Below are positions 51,109-64,000 of a DNA stretch of 64,000 nt, one piece after another. Numbering within the stretch: the first letter of the stretch is position 1; each line of letters starts with the position of its first letter. Origin of the DNA: Octopus vulgaris (lineage: Eukaryota); assembly GCA_951406725.2 (NCBI GenBank), contig OX597833.1:36518001-36582000 (forward strand), read 5' to 3'. The notes under the pieces were generated by a model. That model was not told the DNA's origin. It made no database searches and saw nothing but the letters and a program-made list of their open reading frames with translations. Made by a program: the position numbers and the translations under genes.

Positions 51109-54100
51109 GTCTAAAGTATGAATTTTCAGGGATTAGAGAATTTAGCTGCTATATCTAGCGAGCTGAATGAGCTCATAGATGCTTCTAGCATTTACATCTG
51201 GCGGACTCAATGACGTCTTAACTGAGTCTCAGGATTTTCATTCTGCTAATGCTCTCTGGCAAAGGCGAGAGCATCGCAACGTCACACTGCTATTCACCCA
51301 CCGCGCACGCATGTGTGTGTGCTTGTATGTTTGTGTGTGTGTACTCTATTACCAGTTGTATTCTTCCGCCGTTTACTTTGTTTTCGGATTCGTTCGTGCC
51401 AATATTCCAGGTAGTAATGTCTGCTGCTGGCACTGCTCAGTACTTCAGAACAATTAGTTCAACACTATACTGTTACTGTCATTCATTTGACTTCAAGCAT
51501 ATTCTATATTGAAAAAAAAAACTATATAAATTATTTTACATTTTGTAATTAAAATTATTAAATAATAATCACCCCATCCCACCCTTGCATAGAGTTGGAT
51601 AGATAACTGAAATCGTTAGTATTTGCAAACTCACAGGATCTAAAATCATCTTTCTCACGCCTTCAGAACTCCTACATTTGAGGATAATAATAGCGTGAGA
51701 GATGGGTGATAAGCTCCGAATTTTGCTAATCTACAAAATACAAAACCACAATACTCCTACGTTCAGTCTCCCTACCTATGATACCTGTGTAAATTATAAT
51801 GTTTAGCTAATCAATAATCTCTCAAACCACGAAAAGTGACCCAGAATCATTAGATGCATAGAAAACACAAGAAAGGAACATAAGATTATAGGAAAGGAAT
51901 GGGTAGTTCATAAACATATCGCAACATTTCAATACATTAGACTAAACTAGTGATATTGGAAAATTGCCAGTGATACCTTCTCCAAGAAGTACATTTAATT
52001 AAGTACAGGCTAATTTAATGAAGTGAGAACTTTTATCACTTTTACCCAGTTGAAATAACAGCTACAACGAGAGGGAGATCACTAACTCACACATACATCT
52101 ATAAGTAATAGTTTTTAAATATTTACATGATATTGATTATAGCCTTATGTGTGTGCTTCGAGAATTCTAAAAAATTATTATTTCACGTTCTCTCAAATGC
52201 TCATAAAGTTCTTATGACGTCAACAAAATCATTAGCTTTAATAACAATTCTTATGAGGTGACTCACAGGATATAAGCCAGAAGGTTTAAATTGGTAGAGT
52301 ATTTCCATTTAATTTCTAGTCTGGCGAAGATGGTGAAGTACCTACATTACAGCCTAGTAGTATTAGGTTACGGCATTCATCGTTAAAATCTACCTGAGGC
52401 GAATTGCTCTTCTTTTTGCTGAAAAGAGGTGAGCAGAGATAAAATATGAACCAGTAATTTACTAGGAGTCGATTAATTATAACCCACTCTTATAAATACG
52501 TATGACTGCCATTGGAACTGCTAGCATTCATTTTCCCTCGCTATGGAGTAATGCGTAACCATTCTTTCCTTTCTCTCACCTAACCGTCCTTTCTGACCCT
52601 GGATCTATCTAAAGAATACCCGATCTAACTGGATTTAATTGGCCCCTTCCACACTCCTGAACTTAATGAACCCCCAAAAATATCATTGATGAGGAACTTT
52701 CTTCCACTGTCTAACCTATATCTCTCCGATAACGGAATACTCAACTTACACAGTCCTCGCTCAATACGATGCTCCCATAACTGGGATATCCCAGAAACAA
52801 CTGTCGGAGACTATTTCTTTATTATTTTTTTTACTATTCGTTATGTAGCTAAATTAGATTGAATTAAATTATATTAAATGTCCTTGTCATGTCTTGCCTA
52901 GTTGTTTGCCTTACCTCACTACTTTAATTTAAATATCTATGGCTTTGTACAATGTGAATAATATTATCCAAAGTAACCACTTGGTAAGAATGGTTTTGTG
53001 AGGCGAATGTAGTCCAGTACTAGTCTGGTATTTCATCGCTCCCAGGAACCATGAAAATTGAAGCCAACCCTTGTAGGTTTTAAATTCACAACACAAAACA
53101 TGTCAAGTAGCTAAATGGAGAAATCGTAAAGCAGTGAACTAAATTCCTGCATATTTTGTAATGAAGTATCTTTATGTTCTGATTTCAAATCCTGCCAGGG
53201 CTGACTCTGAGCATTTTTGTGCTTCTGGGGATTGATGAAATGAAATACCAGTCGAGTACTAGGGTAGATAAGGTCTACTGAGCCACTCTTCCCAATTTGT
53301 GACTTTCGCTAATATTATTCATGACGATAACACTGCCGCAATACTTTAAATATAAAAACAAAATATTTTTAGCACCCGTAATTTACAGAGTTCTGATGTT
53401 CAATCTATTCTAGTTAAGCTATGTAAAGTTAAAAATGCTTTTGATGACAAACAACATTGAATAAAAATACGTGACTAGGTTAACAAACAAGGGAGAAAAA
53501 AAGAGAGAATTCTCAAAACTTGTCTCTCAGTGTCTGGAATTTGCTCTATTTTAGGTTGAAATGAAATGAAGCTGGAAATGATATCAAATAATGAGAGAGA
53601 TAAATTCAGCAGAAATCTATTGAAGATTCTTACTTAATGGACAAATCAACTAGCGTCATATATTCCACATATCTAATGATGCACAGTTACAATATAAACG
53701 GTTGGAATATCGTTTTGCAAGTGAGGTTATTGAAAGACTGAATATTTCGGCGATTTATCTGAAAATTACAGAAAAAAACAAAAACATTAGACTCAGTAAG
53801 GTTTCATCAAAAGTTATTATTCGCTGTTGGAACAAGGGAATTGCATGCTTGCATAATGTCGAAATGGTTTAAATTGATGGCGATAACTATAGAATAGGAA
53901 GTCATGAAACGGTATCATCAAACAAAGTCACCATCAATGATTATACACGGCAGCTTTGAATGAGGCGAAAAAAATTGAATTGATATACAAAAACGGGAAA
54001 ATGTAGATGCTTAAAATCAACTATATTCAGAAATAAACCTGACGATAGGACCAAATAAGCTTACACTGACCAATGAATAAGCATCCATAATGAAACAGAG

Positions 54101-54627
54101 AGTGAGCCATCACACAATGAAGAAACCTTTACAGGAGTCGATAAGTGACTCTTCACACTAAGAAATAATGAAATACTTATTAAGATGAGTTAGAGATCAG
54201 AAACTGAATACCGTATCCCACACAAGCCAGTGAGTGAGTTGACTTCTAAGCTAGCCAGAATTAAACCTCCCCACTAACTAATAGTGACGCATTAACAAGA
54301 AGCAGAGACCGGAAAGTGGATTTTCTAACTAGCCACTGTTGAAATACTATCTGTATGAAGCAAAGAGCAAGCCTCCTGCCCCAACTTAGCCAATAATGAA
54401 ATATCAACATAAGTCAAAAAGGGAATATCAACAATAGCAAATGATGAAGAAGCTACGTGAAATAATAAGTGAACCACTACACCAAACAAACATAAAATAT
54501 TGGTATTCGTCAGAGCGTGAAGCACCGCAGGAGATGAAATCAGTGCAAACTTAGTACGCAAATTGCAGTGCAAGTAGCCACATTGAGGGAGGTCTATTGT
54601 ACTTGTAAGAAAAAGTGGTACTACCTT

Positions 54628-54842
54628 GGGTAACGACGATGGGTGTTCCCGTTGATCCGATCAACGGAACAACCTGCTCGTGAAATTAACGTGCAAGTGG
54701 CTGAGCACTCCACAGACACGTGTACCCTTAATGTAGTTCTCAGGGAGATTCAGTGTGACACAGAGTGTGACGGAGCTGGCTCTTTTAATTTCAGGTGTAA
54801 CTCACTTTTACCAGCTGAGTGGACTGGAGCAACGAGAAATAG
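54628..54842 (-). mobile_element. SINE family D, 3' portion
   Basis: Matches 50570-50782 (GATCAACGGAACA..CTCGTGAAATTAACGTGCAAGTGGCTGAGCAC...). Confidence 0.88.
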
Positions 54843-54849
54843 TGTCCCT

Positions 54850-55540
54850 GAGCATATATATAGGACCTGAATGTTCATACAGATCAATTGATTCTGTCCC
54901 TGGTCAAGAACAGGCAATGCGTTACCCAATGGAGTTCCTCAATTCACTTCACTCACCAGGATTTTCACCACACGTTCTGATCATGAAAACAGGTGCTCCC
55001 ATAATGCTATTAAGAAACCTTGATGCACCCAGACTCTGCAATGGAACAAGGCTGGTTGTTAAAACAGGCATGCCCCATATGTTGGAAGCAACAATAATTA
55101 CAGGCAACATGATGGGTGAAAATGTCTTTATTCCCAGGATTCCTCTCATCTCAAATGATCTCCCCTTTCAGTTCAAAAGACTGCAGTTTCTTGTCAAACT
55201 TAGCTTTGCAATGTCTATCAACAAAGCACAAGGTTAATCTCTAAAGGTGGTGGAACTTAACCTCCTTCAGCTTTGCTTCTTAATTGGTCAGATGTATGTC
55301 GGATGTTCTAGAGTTGGAAATGAAAAGAACCTCTACATTCACAGTGATAAACATGGGAAGACAGAAAACACAGTATATGAAGAAGCACTTACATGAATAG
55401 TAGGTCCATGTCATATACAGAAGTGTATACTTCCACTTCTTGACTGACATGCGTTAATGTATATTTGTGTGTAAGAAAGTGAAACAATAACGTAATATAT
55501 TCGCTGTCTACTTGCGCGCGCGCGCGCGTGTGTGTGTGCG

Positions 55541-55594
<54 letters not shown>

Positions 55595-55865
55595 CTACAA
55601 ACGGCCTTTCATTGTTTATGATCTGTACATATTTTTGGTTACGGAATAAGTTAGACATACGTGTATCTACTTTACATACATATATGAATTGAAAATTTTC
55701 TTTTCACATTTCACTTAACGTCTATGCTCCATGCTGGCATGGCTTGCAGAGTTGTGTAGAAAGTTGACCTCTCAGCTACTAGCAGTTGAGGCCTGCGTAA
55801 TCTAGGCGGCATTTTTAAATGTCATTTTTTTTTTTAACCCGTGCAACGCCAGGTATTTCTGCTAG
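54850..55865 (+). mobile_element. Helitron 3' end with Pif1-family helicase C-terminal fragment (pseudogenised)
   Basis: EFLNSL..PG...H.L..K.GAPIMLLRNL...LCNGTRL...VFIPRIPL...FKRLQF.VKLSFAMSINKAQG*SLKVV...GQMYVGCSRV...T.NTVYEEAL*. Downstream are the hairpin CCCGTGCAACGCCAGG (55838-55853) and CTAG|T at 55862-55866. Confidence 0.92.
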
Positions 55866-55875
55866 TATATATATG

Positions 55876-56069
55876 TGACCGCGTGTGTATCGTGGGGGAT
55901 TTTCTTTCTCCGTCTTCCCTCCTTTGGACATTTTCTTGTTTTTTTCTATATTTCTGACAAAGAGCTCCGCTCGAAACGTTAAATCCTCCTCCTTTCTTTC
56001 CTTTCCTGAGCGTCCAATAACACTATACTTATTCCACGTCCTCGCGTTGTTGTGTTTTCTGTTTGGATT

Positions 56070-56072
<3 letters not shown>
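55876..56072 (+). mobile_element. Penelope-like terminal repeat related to P1, hammerhead-like motif at 55950-55984
   Basis: ATTT-CTGACAA-A-GAGC-tcc-GCTC-GAAA-CGT-T-AAAT, then TTCCTGAGCG as in P1. Confidence 0.65.
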
Positions 56073-56152
<80 letters not shown>

Positions 56153-56181
56153 TGTTTGTGTGTGTGTGTGTATGTATGCAT

Positions 56182-56216
<35 letters not shown>

Positions 56217-56479
56217 AGCATGTTTTAAACATATCCATTACAATAGGTTAGAAAGAATAATTATGTAATTATATGGATAGCAATTTGTTCGCTCCCTTTA
56301 AAACCCAAGGCATGCTTGCACCACCAGCCCATGAGAAATAAAGTAATGCTTTTGGTTAGATTTAAATTTTAGTGAAAGGTTATTTGTTTCGTACGGTATG
56401 TAGATACTGGTAGCAAAGCTCTATTGCGTAAGGTTCGATTATAGATTGATGGAAAAACATGAACTTTAACATTAATAGC

Positions 56480-56613
56480 TGAATATATATATGTGCGCGT
56501 GTGTGAAAGGGAATCAGAAAACGGCAGCAATGTCTATGTTTATGAGCGTGTATATATGTGTGCATACATATACACACGAACAATATACATACGTATTTAT
56601 ATATGTATGTATG

Positions 56614-56648
<35 letters not shown>

Positions 56649-56913
56649 ATGTGTGTATATATGTATATATATGATCGTACACAAACACACACATATATAT
56701 TTGTATATATATGCATATATATGTATATGTATATATAAATATATATATATATGTGTATATATATATACACATATATATATGCATATATATATACATATAC
56801 ATATATATGCATATATATACATATACATGTATATACATATATAAACATATGTATATATATTTGTACATAGATGTATATATATATATATATACACACACAC
56901 ATATATATATATC

Positions 56914-56944
<31 letters not shown>

Positions 56945-57240
56945 ATATAGTATACGTACATGTATATATGTGCATACATATATGTACATATATAAAATAT
57001 GCATATCATTGATATGAATATAAGCCCATTCATGCATACACACATAAATATATGCATATACATATATATACATATATATATAAATATATATACACACATA
57101 TATGTATATATATGTATATATATGATTGTGTAAATGTGTATATATATATATATATATTTATACATACATACATACATACATACATACATACATACATGCA
57201 TATATAAATCATGCATACACACAGATGTGCATATATAACA
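56480..57240. repeat. Long degenerate (TA)/(CA)/(TG) dinucleotide tract
   Basis: Direct reading; source of the 313-aa YI-rich ORF. Confidence 0.9.
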
Positions 57241-57405
57241 ACACGAATTTAGGAACGTGTAATATATAAAAAAAATTATACACGCGTAGAAAAGAATGAA
57301 ATGAAGGTAATGTATGCACAAATGGGAAATGCAGATTTGTGGTGTGTGCGTGTGTGTTTATGTGTTGGTGCATGCGTGTTACGTGTGTGTATGTGTGTGC
57401 GTGCG

Positions 57406-57443
<38 letters not shown>

Positions 57444-57801
57444 TGAGTGCGATTGCATGTGTCAGTTTCTGAGTGAGTTTCTGTGATAGTGTGTGGGAAG
57501 GAAGGTCTTCCAATTAATATGTAAGTGGCTGAGTACGCACTAACATCGGGGCATGATAGCGTGGAGAAATGTCGGTCCTTTCAATAACAAATGCATTCCA
57601 TACACGTAAAAACACTCAATGTTATTGTTAACCTCGTCACAGTTTTTAAGAAATGTCTACCCTCCAAAAATTGTTGCAATAACCTAGAATCACGAATCAG
57701 TTGCAGGAAGGTCTGGAGAACAAGGAGGATGAAGTAAAACTTCCAAATTTAGTGTTATAATATTTTTTCTGAGAAACTGGGGCAATATATATTGTTGCAT
57801 A

Positions 57802-58005
57802 ATGACGGCGAGCTGGCAGTATCGTTAACACACCGAGCAAAATACCGACATTTCGTCCGTCTTTATGGTTTGAGTTCAAATTCCGCCTAAGTCGGTTTTT
57901 ACCTTCGATCTTCCCGAGGTTGATAAAATAAGCACCAGTTGAGCACTGGTGTTGATGTAATCCACTTACTTCCTTCCCCGAAATTGTTGCCAAAATTTGA
58001 AACTA
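57802..58005 (+). mobile_element. SINE family A, diverged
   Basis: GACGGCGAGCTGGCAGTATCGTTAAC...GAGTTCAAATTCCGCC...GATAAAATAAGCACCAG. Confidence 0.8.
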
Positions 58006-58312
58006 ATATTATCGTGTGAAAGCAGCATCATTTTTAGTTCCTTACATTAACTGTTTAGATGAAAGGTTCTCGAGCGATTTCTTACCCATGGACCCCTTTG
58101 CTTCCTAATTCATTCGAGTGAACCCTCACAACTATTGAAAGTTTTAGTAGAACAAATCAACCTCAGTACTTAAGTTTTAAGCCTGGTACTTATTCAATCG
58201 ATCGTTTTTTTTTTATTGTATAGGTGTGCTTGCGTGTATGAGTGTGTGTGTGTGTGTATATACAAGTATATATGTATAAATATATACATGTATGTATATA
58301 TATATGTATATA

Positions 58313-58379
<67 letters not shown>

Positions 58380-58527
58380 AAATACAAAATAGGACAAGAA
58401 CGCAAAACCAGGTGATACAAAAAGGGACAACAAAAATCCAGATAGACGATACAAAAAACAAGGACGGGTTATTCGAAGCCTTTTATCTCCAGTCAAGAAC
58501 CGTATCATCCTCGTAATTTCGGCTGAT
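58380..58527 (-). mobile_element. Solo copy related to the P2 terminal repeat
   Basis: Reverse complement ATCAGCCGAAATTACGAGGATGATACGGTTCTTGACTGGAGATAAAAGGCTTCGAA matches 39088-39142. Confidence 0.7.
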
Positions 58528-58606
58528 GTGTGTGTGTGTGTGTGCGTATGAATATACATATGTATATATATATATGTATATATATGTATACATATATATG
58601 TATATA

Positions 58607-58661
<55 letters not shown>

Positions 58662-58681
58662 ATATATATGTGTATATATAA

Positions 58682-59535
58682 GTAAATTGTCACCATTTTA
58701 TATATCTAATTTCGTGCATGCGCATTGTTTGTTTTTGAGTTTGTTGACTACACAGCATTGTAGGGTCAGTTGGAAACCGTCTGTGAGAAGAAGAGCGCCA
58801 TGACGCAATTCATTCTGCCATAAATTTGGAATTGACATGCTCTACTGCTTAGCATTCGCGCCAGAAGCTCCAATACGAACAGATGGTGAACACACAGAAC
58901 AACCACTGGCTTGCCGTGTCCCCAAAATAAGTACTGAAAGTGATAAAAATCAAACATCTAGGGTTTGTACCGATCATTAGTGATGGCGACATTATGCCTC
59001 CATTTGTCTTCCTACACGGCCACAGACTCAATATGGAAGTCTACATCAAGTGCCTGGAGGAGGTAGTGCTGCGCTGGGTCAAGAGGGTGACTGCTAGAAG
59101 ACCCTAATCTGGCAACAGGACTCTGCACCATGCCACACAAGCAGGAGAACACAGTTATGACTGTCAGACAATTGCTGTGACCACATCACCCCTAACATCT
59201 GGCTACCTAACTCCTCAGAGTGCAAACCCTTCATTATGTGCGGCGCAGTTGAGCAAGGGACCAACAAAACTCCTTGTAACACCAAAGATGAACTGAAGGC
59301 AAAGATTATGGCAGCATTGACCAACATAAACAAGAAGACGGTCCAGAAGAGCTGGAGGAGATTCCGAAGTGTGGAGACCGTAGTTGAAGCCAATAGCGAT
59401 TTTATTATATAAATTTACTCTTTAGTATTTCAAGATATTTTTTATGTAACGTTGGTAAATATATCTATTAAAATGAGATGTTAGTGTTATTTTTATTTTT
59501 GCGTAATTTAGACGACAGTTGATTCACCACACCCT

Positions 59536-59536
<1 letters not shown>
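58682..59536 (+). mobile_element. Second DD37D (maT) transposon copy, internally deleted
   Basis: Colinear with 22598-23481 (WQQDSAPCH region, TNKTPCNTKDELKAKIMAA). The right TIR ends CACCACACCCTG; the left TIR is truncated by (TA)n. Confidence 0.88.
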
Positions 59537-59567
<31 letters not shown>

Positions 59568-59571
<4 letters not shown>

Positions 59572-59746
59572 AAAGTTTACGAAAGACAAAGACAGGTGGT
59601 GTACAAAACAAACATATGTATTAGTATAACGCTCAGGAATAGAAAAAGTCTTTTACGTTTCGAGCCTACGCTCTTCTACAGAACGGTACACGGAAAAAAA
59701 AGGAGAGAAACAAGGAGAGAAAAAAATGTTTGTAGTGGCTAACGAT
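59568..59746 (-). mobile_element. Penelope-like terminal repeat (family P1), hammerhead-like motif at 59648-59683
   Basis: Reverse complement: CTGTAGA-A-GAGC-gtag-GCTC-GAAA-CGT-A-AAAGAC. Confidence 0.7.
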
Positions 59747-59748
59747 CT

Positions 59749-61011
59749 TAGGTTGTTTCACATGAAGGTAACAATATTTGAAAGGTAACAATAAAATATT
59801 TCAGAAGTATTAGGGAACTGATTTCTTTAATCAAAATATGATCTATGTTTATTTATGACATTTACCCAACGTTTCTCCATATCATATATTCCATCTTTAA
59901 AAAATAATCCTCTTTTGCTGTGATAAACGGCCGGAATGTTTCAATTACCTCTTCTCTATTTAAGAATGTTTTATTACTTATGAAAAACTCAAAATGCTTT
60001 TTAAAGTGATGCTCAGTTGGAGAGATATCAAGGGAATAGGGGAGATGTTGCAAAATCTAATAACTCAGGCTTTGCAACTTTTGAACCGTAGCTTGAGGAG
60101 CGTGAGGACGTGCATTGTCGTAGAGCAAAATTGGGCCATCTCTATTCACTAGTCTGGGTTGCTTCTTTTTCAAATTCTCGTGCATACAGTCAATTTCCAG
60201 GCAATACGATGTTGCTTTTAACGTTTTTCCTTCTTGCAAAAATGAATAATGAATAACTCCTTTCGCAGACCGCCATACAACAACCACTAACTTTTTAGGG
60301 CGCAATGGTGGGTTTGGGTAGTGTTTAGGTGACTCTCCAGCATCTAATCACTGTCCTGTTCTGCAGTTGTCAAAAAGTATCCATTCCTCATCACAGGTAA
60401 TGATTTGATGCAAAAATAATCTTTCTCCAGTCGAGAAAGCAATAAGGAGCACACTTCGAGGCATCTGTTTTTTTTGTTTGTTTTTTTTTTTAAATCTCGT
60501 TCAGTTGATATGGAACAAGCCTATCCGTTCTCTTGACTTGTGCAATTTTTACAGGTGTCTAAAAACAGTTGGGTGCGATGTTGGGAGTTCTGACGAATGT
60601 TTTCGAACCTTTGTTTTCGGATTTTGTTCAACCAAAGCATTTAATCCATCATGCCGAATAACTGATTTTGGCCTACACCTTGGTTTATTTTCAAGGCTAC
60701 CATGTCCTGAACGAGAGCTATGGAACCATCTCTGAACAGTTCTGATGTCAACAAAACGATTACCAAAGTCCCGCTTAATATTTTGTAGAGTGTCTGCAGC
60801 TGAGTGACCCAGTTTGTACTCATACGAGAAAATCAGTCAATACAGTTTGGTTGTTATCAGTTTCATAAGGTTTGCGGGTGAGAATTTTGTATGCCAATAT
60901 TGTTGAGAAAGAAAAAGAGTCAATATTAAATGTAAGGAATACATAATTGAGTTTTTAAATGACTGAAATAACAAGTAATTAAAAATACGACATTTCATGT
61001 TAAACAACCTT
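59749..61011 (-). mobile_element. mariner (DD34D family) transposon, near full length, pseudogenised
   Basis: IITCDEEWILFDN, W.SAKGVIHY..L..G.T, LLYDNARPH and HLPYSLDISPTE (34-residue spacing). TIRs AGGTTGTTTCACATGAA / TTCATGTTAAACAACCT; length ~1.26 kb. Confidence 0.92.
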
Positions 61012-61033
61012 ATATATATATATATATATATAT

Positions 61034-61170
61034 ACCCGTCGAGCTTTTTACAGTTTCTGTCGACCAAATCCACTGACAAGGCTTTGGTCTGGGGCTATAG
61101 AAGAAGACTCTTGCTCAAGGTGGGTAGGACTAAACTCGTGACTACATGGTTAGAAAGCAGGCTTATCAAC
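61034..61170 (-). mobile_element. SINE family B, 5' half, diverged
   Basis: CAGTTTCTGTCGACCAAATCCACTGACAAGGCTTTGGTC...GCTATAGAAGAAGACTCTTGCTCAAGG. Confidence 0.75.
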
Positions 61171-62659
61171 CAGATGGTCTTGCCTTCGTTAGTTGAATTC
61201 CTCTGCGATTGAAATACCTGAAAATCAAACGCTGATAAACCAAATTAAAATAATGATACTGGAAATTTTTTGTGAAAGGTGAGTTACCCATGAAAGAGAT
61301 ATAATTAATTGCCGGTTACCATATTTGAGGTGGCGATTCAAAATTACGTTTTAATTAAGTGAAATTATAACTCTAATGAGAGAAAAATATAATTAGTGCT
61401 AACGAAAAATGTTTCTCATTAGGAATAAGGGAAGTAACTCTTGAAATTTCAATTCACCGAAAATTTACTGATGATATGCAGAGGACGATAATTTCAATTT
61501 TATGTAAAATAAATTAACCTTCTTGCTGCTACAATTACAGTAGCCTGCATTTAGCTCTATGTCTTTCTTGCAGAAGAGAACCTGCGGTGTTTCTCAGTGC
61601 TATTGTATATTTTATGTGTGTGATTATGCGTGTGGTTGATTGAGTGTATTTGCTTGTTTGTGTGTGTGTGTGTGTGTGTGTGCACGCGCGCATATATATG
61701 TATTAATGTAAATCGAAAAAGAGACAATGAGAAAGGGGAAATAAGTTGAAGATATGAGATACATTATTCAAAAAATAAACAGGAAAAGTGTAATGGATAG
61801 ACAAAGGAAAAGGAAAAAACTGTGTGTGAGTGAGAGAGAGAGGGAGGTGGGGTTGCATGTGTGCGTGTTTATGTGTTTATGTATGTGGACATCTGTATGA
61901 TTTGAGGAGAGTAAAGAGTGAGTGAGTGACTGTGGTTGTGAATAAGGATTATGAATAGGAGGAAGGGGAAATGGAGGAATAGGTGAAAGGAGGGTAAAAA
62001 GTCTGGAAATGCTAGGAAGATGAGGAGACTGGATCAATAAATGCCAGACGCTGGGACAGACAGGCAGACATACAGACAGACAGGCTGGTAGGCAGTCAAG
62101 TAGTTGAAACGACAGGGTGACATACAGACAGACATTACGAAACAGGCTGTCAAGATTGTCGAAATGACACAGACAGACAGGCAAAATTCCGAATAAGACA
62201 GGCTGACCGACAGACAAACAGACAGACAGTTGAAGCGACACACAGATTAATAGAAAGATTCCCAAAGAGGCAGACGGACAGACAAACAGAAAGACAGGCA
62301 GACTAAACGACAGGCAGACAGACAGACAGTCGGATGACTTCATAGAAGGACAATTAAGACAGGCTGACAGACAGACAGACAGACAGACAGACGCACACAA
62401 TTAATACACAAACTGCTAATGGAGGGGTTGATGGTGATGGTTATGTTAATGATGGTGCTGCTGATGATGATAATGGCGATGGTGGTTGGTGGCGGTTGTA
62501 TTCAGCGAATGGTTAGGATGAAAATATCGGGTGGGATACACAGGTGGGAGGGAGGTGTGCTAGTGACGACGGGATCAAAAGGTTAGAGGTGATAGTGTGA
62601 GATGTTAGCCATGGATAGGGCGGGGTGATTGTGACAGTTATAGTAGGGGTATCACCGTG

Positions 62660-62712
<53 letters not shown>

Positions 62713-62715
62713 GGT

Positions 62716-62762
<47 letters not shown>

Positions 62763-63146
62763 TATTAGTAGTAGTAATTGTTGTTGTTGTTGTTATTGTT
62801 GTTGTTGTTGTTGTTAGTGTTGTCGGTGGTGGTGGTTGTAGTAGTGGCTCGGTTGGAAACTGCTATTTGGTTGTTGGCAGTTGTTGATGTTAAGCCCCCA
62901 AGTCAACCCTGACCAGACAGACTTATGATGAAATGCATTCCAACCGTGACCCTATTTTTTTATTTGCTTTTTTTCCTTGATTTTTTTCTTTTTTTTTTTT
63001 AGTGTTTTAGAGATATCTAGGAATACACTGTCAAATGTGTTCAGTATTTAAAACGGTAGGATGTGATTCGAGGGAAAATTTCGCTGTTTTTTCTTTTTTA
63101 GTTGGTTATGTGCGTGTGGTTGTTGTGCTGTGCTACAAAGTATATG

Positions 63147-63178
63147 GATGGTGATGGCGATGACGACGGTGGTGGTGG

Positions 63179-63260
<82 letters not shown>

Positions 63261-63316
63261 GATGACGACAATGACCATGGTGATGTTGGTTGTGGTGGTG
63301 GTGATGATGATGATGA
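63147..63316. repeat. (GAT)n/(GGT)n microsatellite
   Basis: Direct reading. Confidence 0.95.
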
Positions 63317-64000
63317 GACGGGTGGTGGCGTGGGAAGGCAGTGGGAGAAACAAAGATGAGAACAGAATAGAATAAAATAGACTAGTGCGAGTTAGGAGGA
63401 GCGAGAGAAGATAGAGAGAGAGAGAGAGAGAGGAAGGATTGGCTGATTGTGGATGGAGGATAAGAATTAGCGGTGAGGTAATCCGGAGTTGGTAGTTGAA
63501 GGTTGTTGTCTAACAAAATTGTGCAATCTTACTTTGTTTCTTTTTTTCAATATGGTGCGTCGATATGCGGGAAACTTGACTGTTGCTTTTAACATGTCGA
63601 ACGACTGCACCGAGTTTGCATCGGAAATGTTAGTAGGAGGTAGTAAGGATATGAAGACGAGAGTTAGATGGCAAAAGGTAGTTGTCACTGTAGTTGTTTA
63701 GCCCCAGGTCAGCCATGATTGAGTAGATATTTAATGAAAAGATTTCCAACCGTGACCACTCCATTTTCTTGTCAGGGACAGTGTATTTAGGACTATATAA
63801 TTTCAATACCTCGTTTCGGTTTGTTTTATTTTATTTTAATATATATTTTTAATGGTAGGGTGTTATTTTAGGGAGATGTGGCTGCTAGCTCTAGCAAATT
63901 AAATGACCACGGAGAGATTTCTTCGACGAGATAGGAGACGGTGGCGTGAGTTGATGGTGATGGTGGCAGATATTGAGAGGTATTGGTGAAAGCTATAACA

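Noticed and set aside
53400-54620. Purine-rich, coding-looking stretch upstream of the Helitron fragment (also 42960-43560)
   Set aside because: I could not recover any recognisable motif or sustained frame by eye; BLASTX against TE proteins is needed.
54755-55237. Cellular PIF1 helicase gene
   Set aside because: The ORF start lies in a SINE, there is an in-frame stop in the KAQG*SL motif, there are no introns, and a Helitron hairpin-CTAG terminus follows.
59862-60823. SETMAR-like host gene or a DD34E (Tc1) assignment
   Set aside because: There is no SET domain, it has multiple stops and TIRs are present. Surrounding motifs are mariner-type, so the terminal E is more likely a decayed D.
61768-62400. 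210-aa ORF rich in CLSV
   Set aside because: Decayed (GACA)n repeat plus a purine tract read on the minus strand.

Overview
This is a eukaryotic, microsatellite-saturated intergenic or intronic window. The SINE families and repeat make-up point to an octopus (coleoid cephalopod) genome, which is an inference from recalled repeats, not a search. I can support no intact host protein-coding gene, and almost all tracked ORFs are translated simple repeats. The real content is mobile DNA. LINE relics: CR1-group (1-2430, 12290-14640), R4/Dong-like (25805-27300) and an RTE-like 3' end with an internal inversion (37277-37700). Rolling-circle and cut-and-paste elements: Helitrons (a Pif1 helicase fragment plus non-autonomous copies), two DD37D (maT) copies, one mariner, and hAT/pogo/mariner MITEs. 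Also present are Penelope-like fragments and at least four tRNA-headed SINE families. The most interesting signal is a family of short Penelope-like terminal repeats. Each carries a minimal type-I hammerhead-ribozyme-like motif, mostly with a variant core (CUGUNGA instead of CUGANGA). Other notable features are microsatellite-targeted insertions, nested insertion stacks, a reconstructable twin-priming inversion and several long inverted repeats. All alignments were made by eye, and boundaries of degenerate repeats are approximate.
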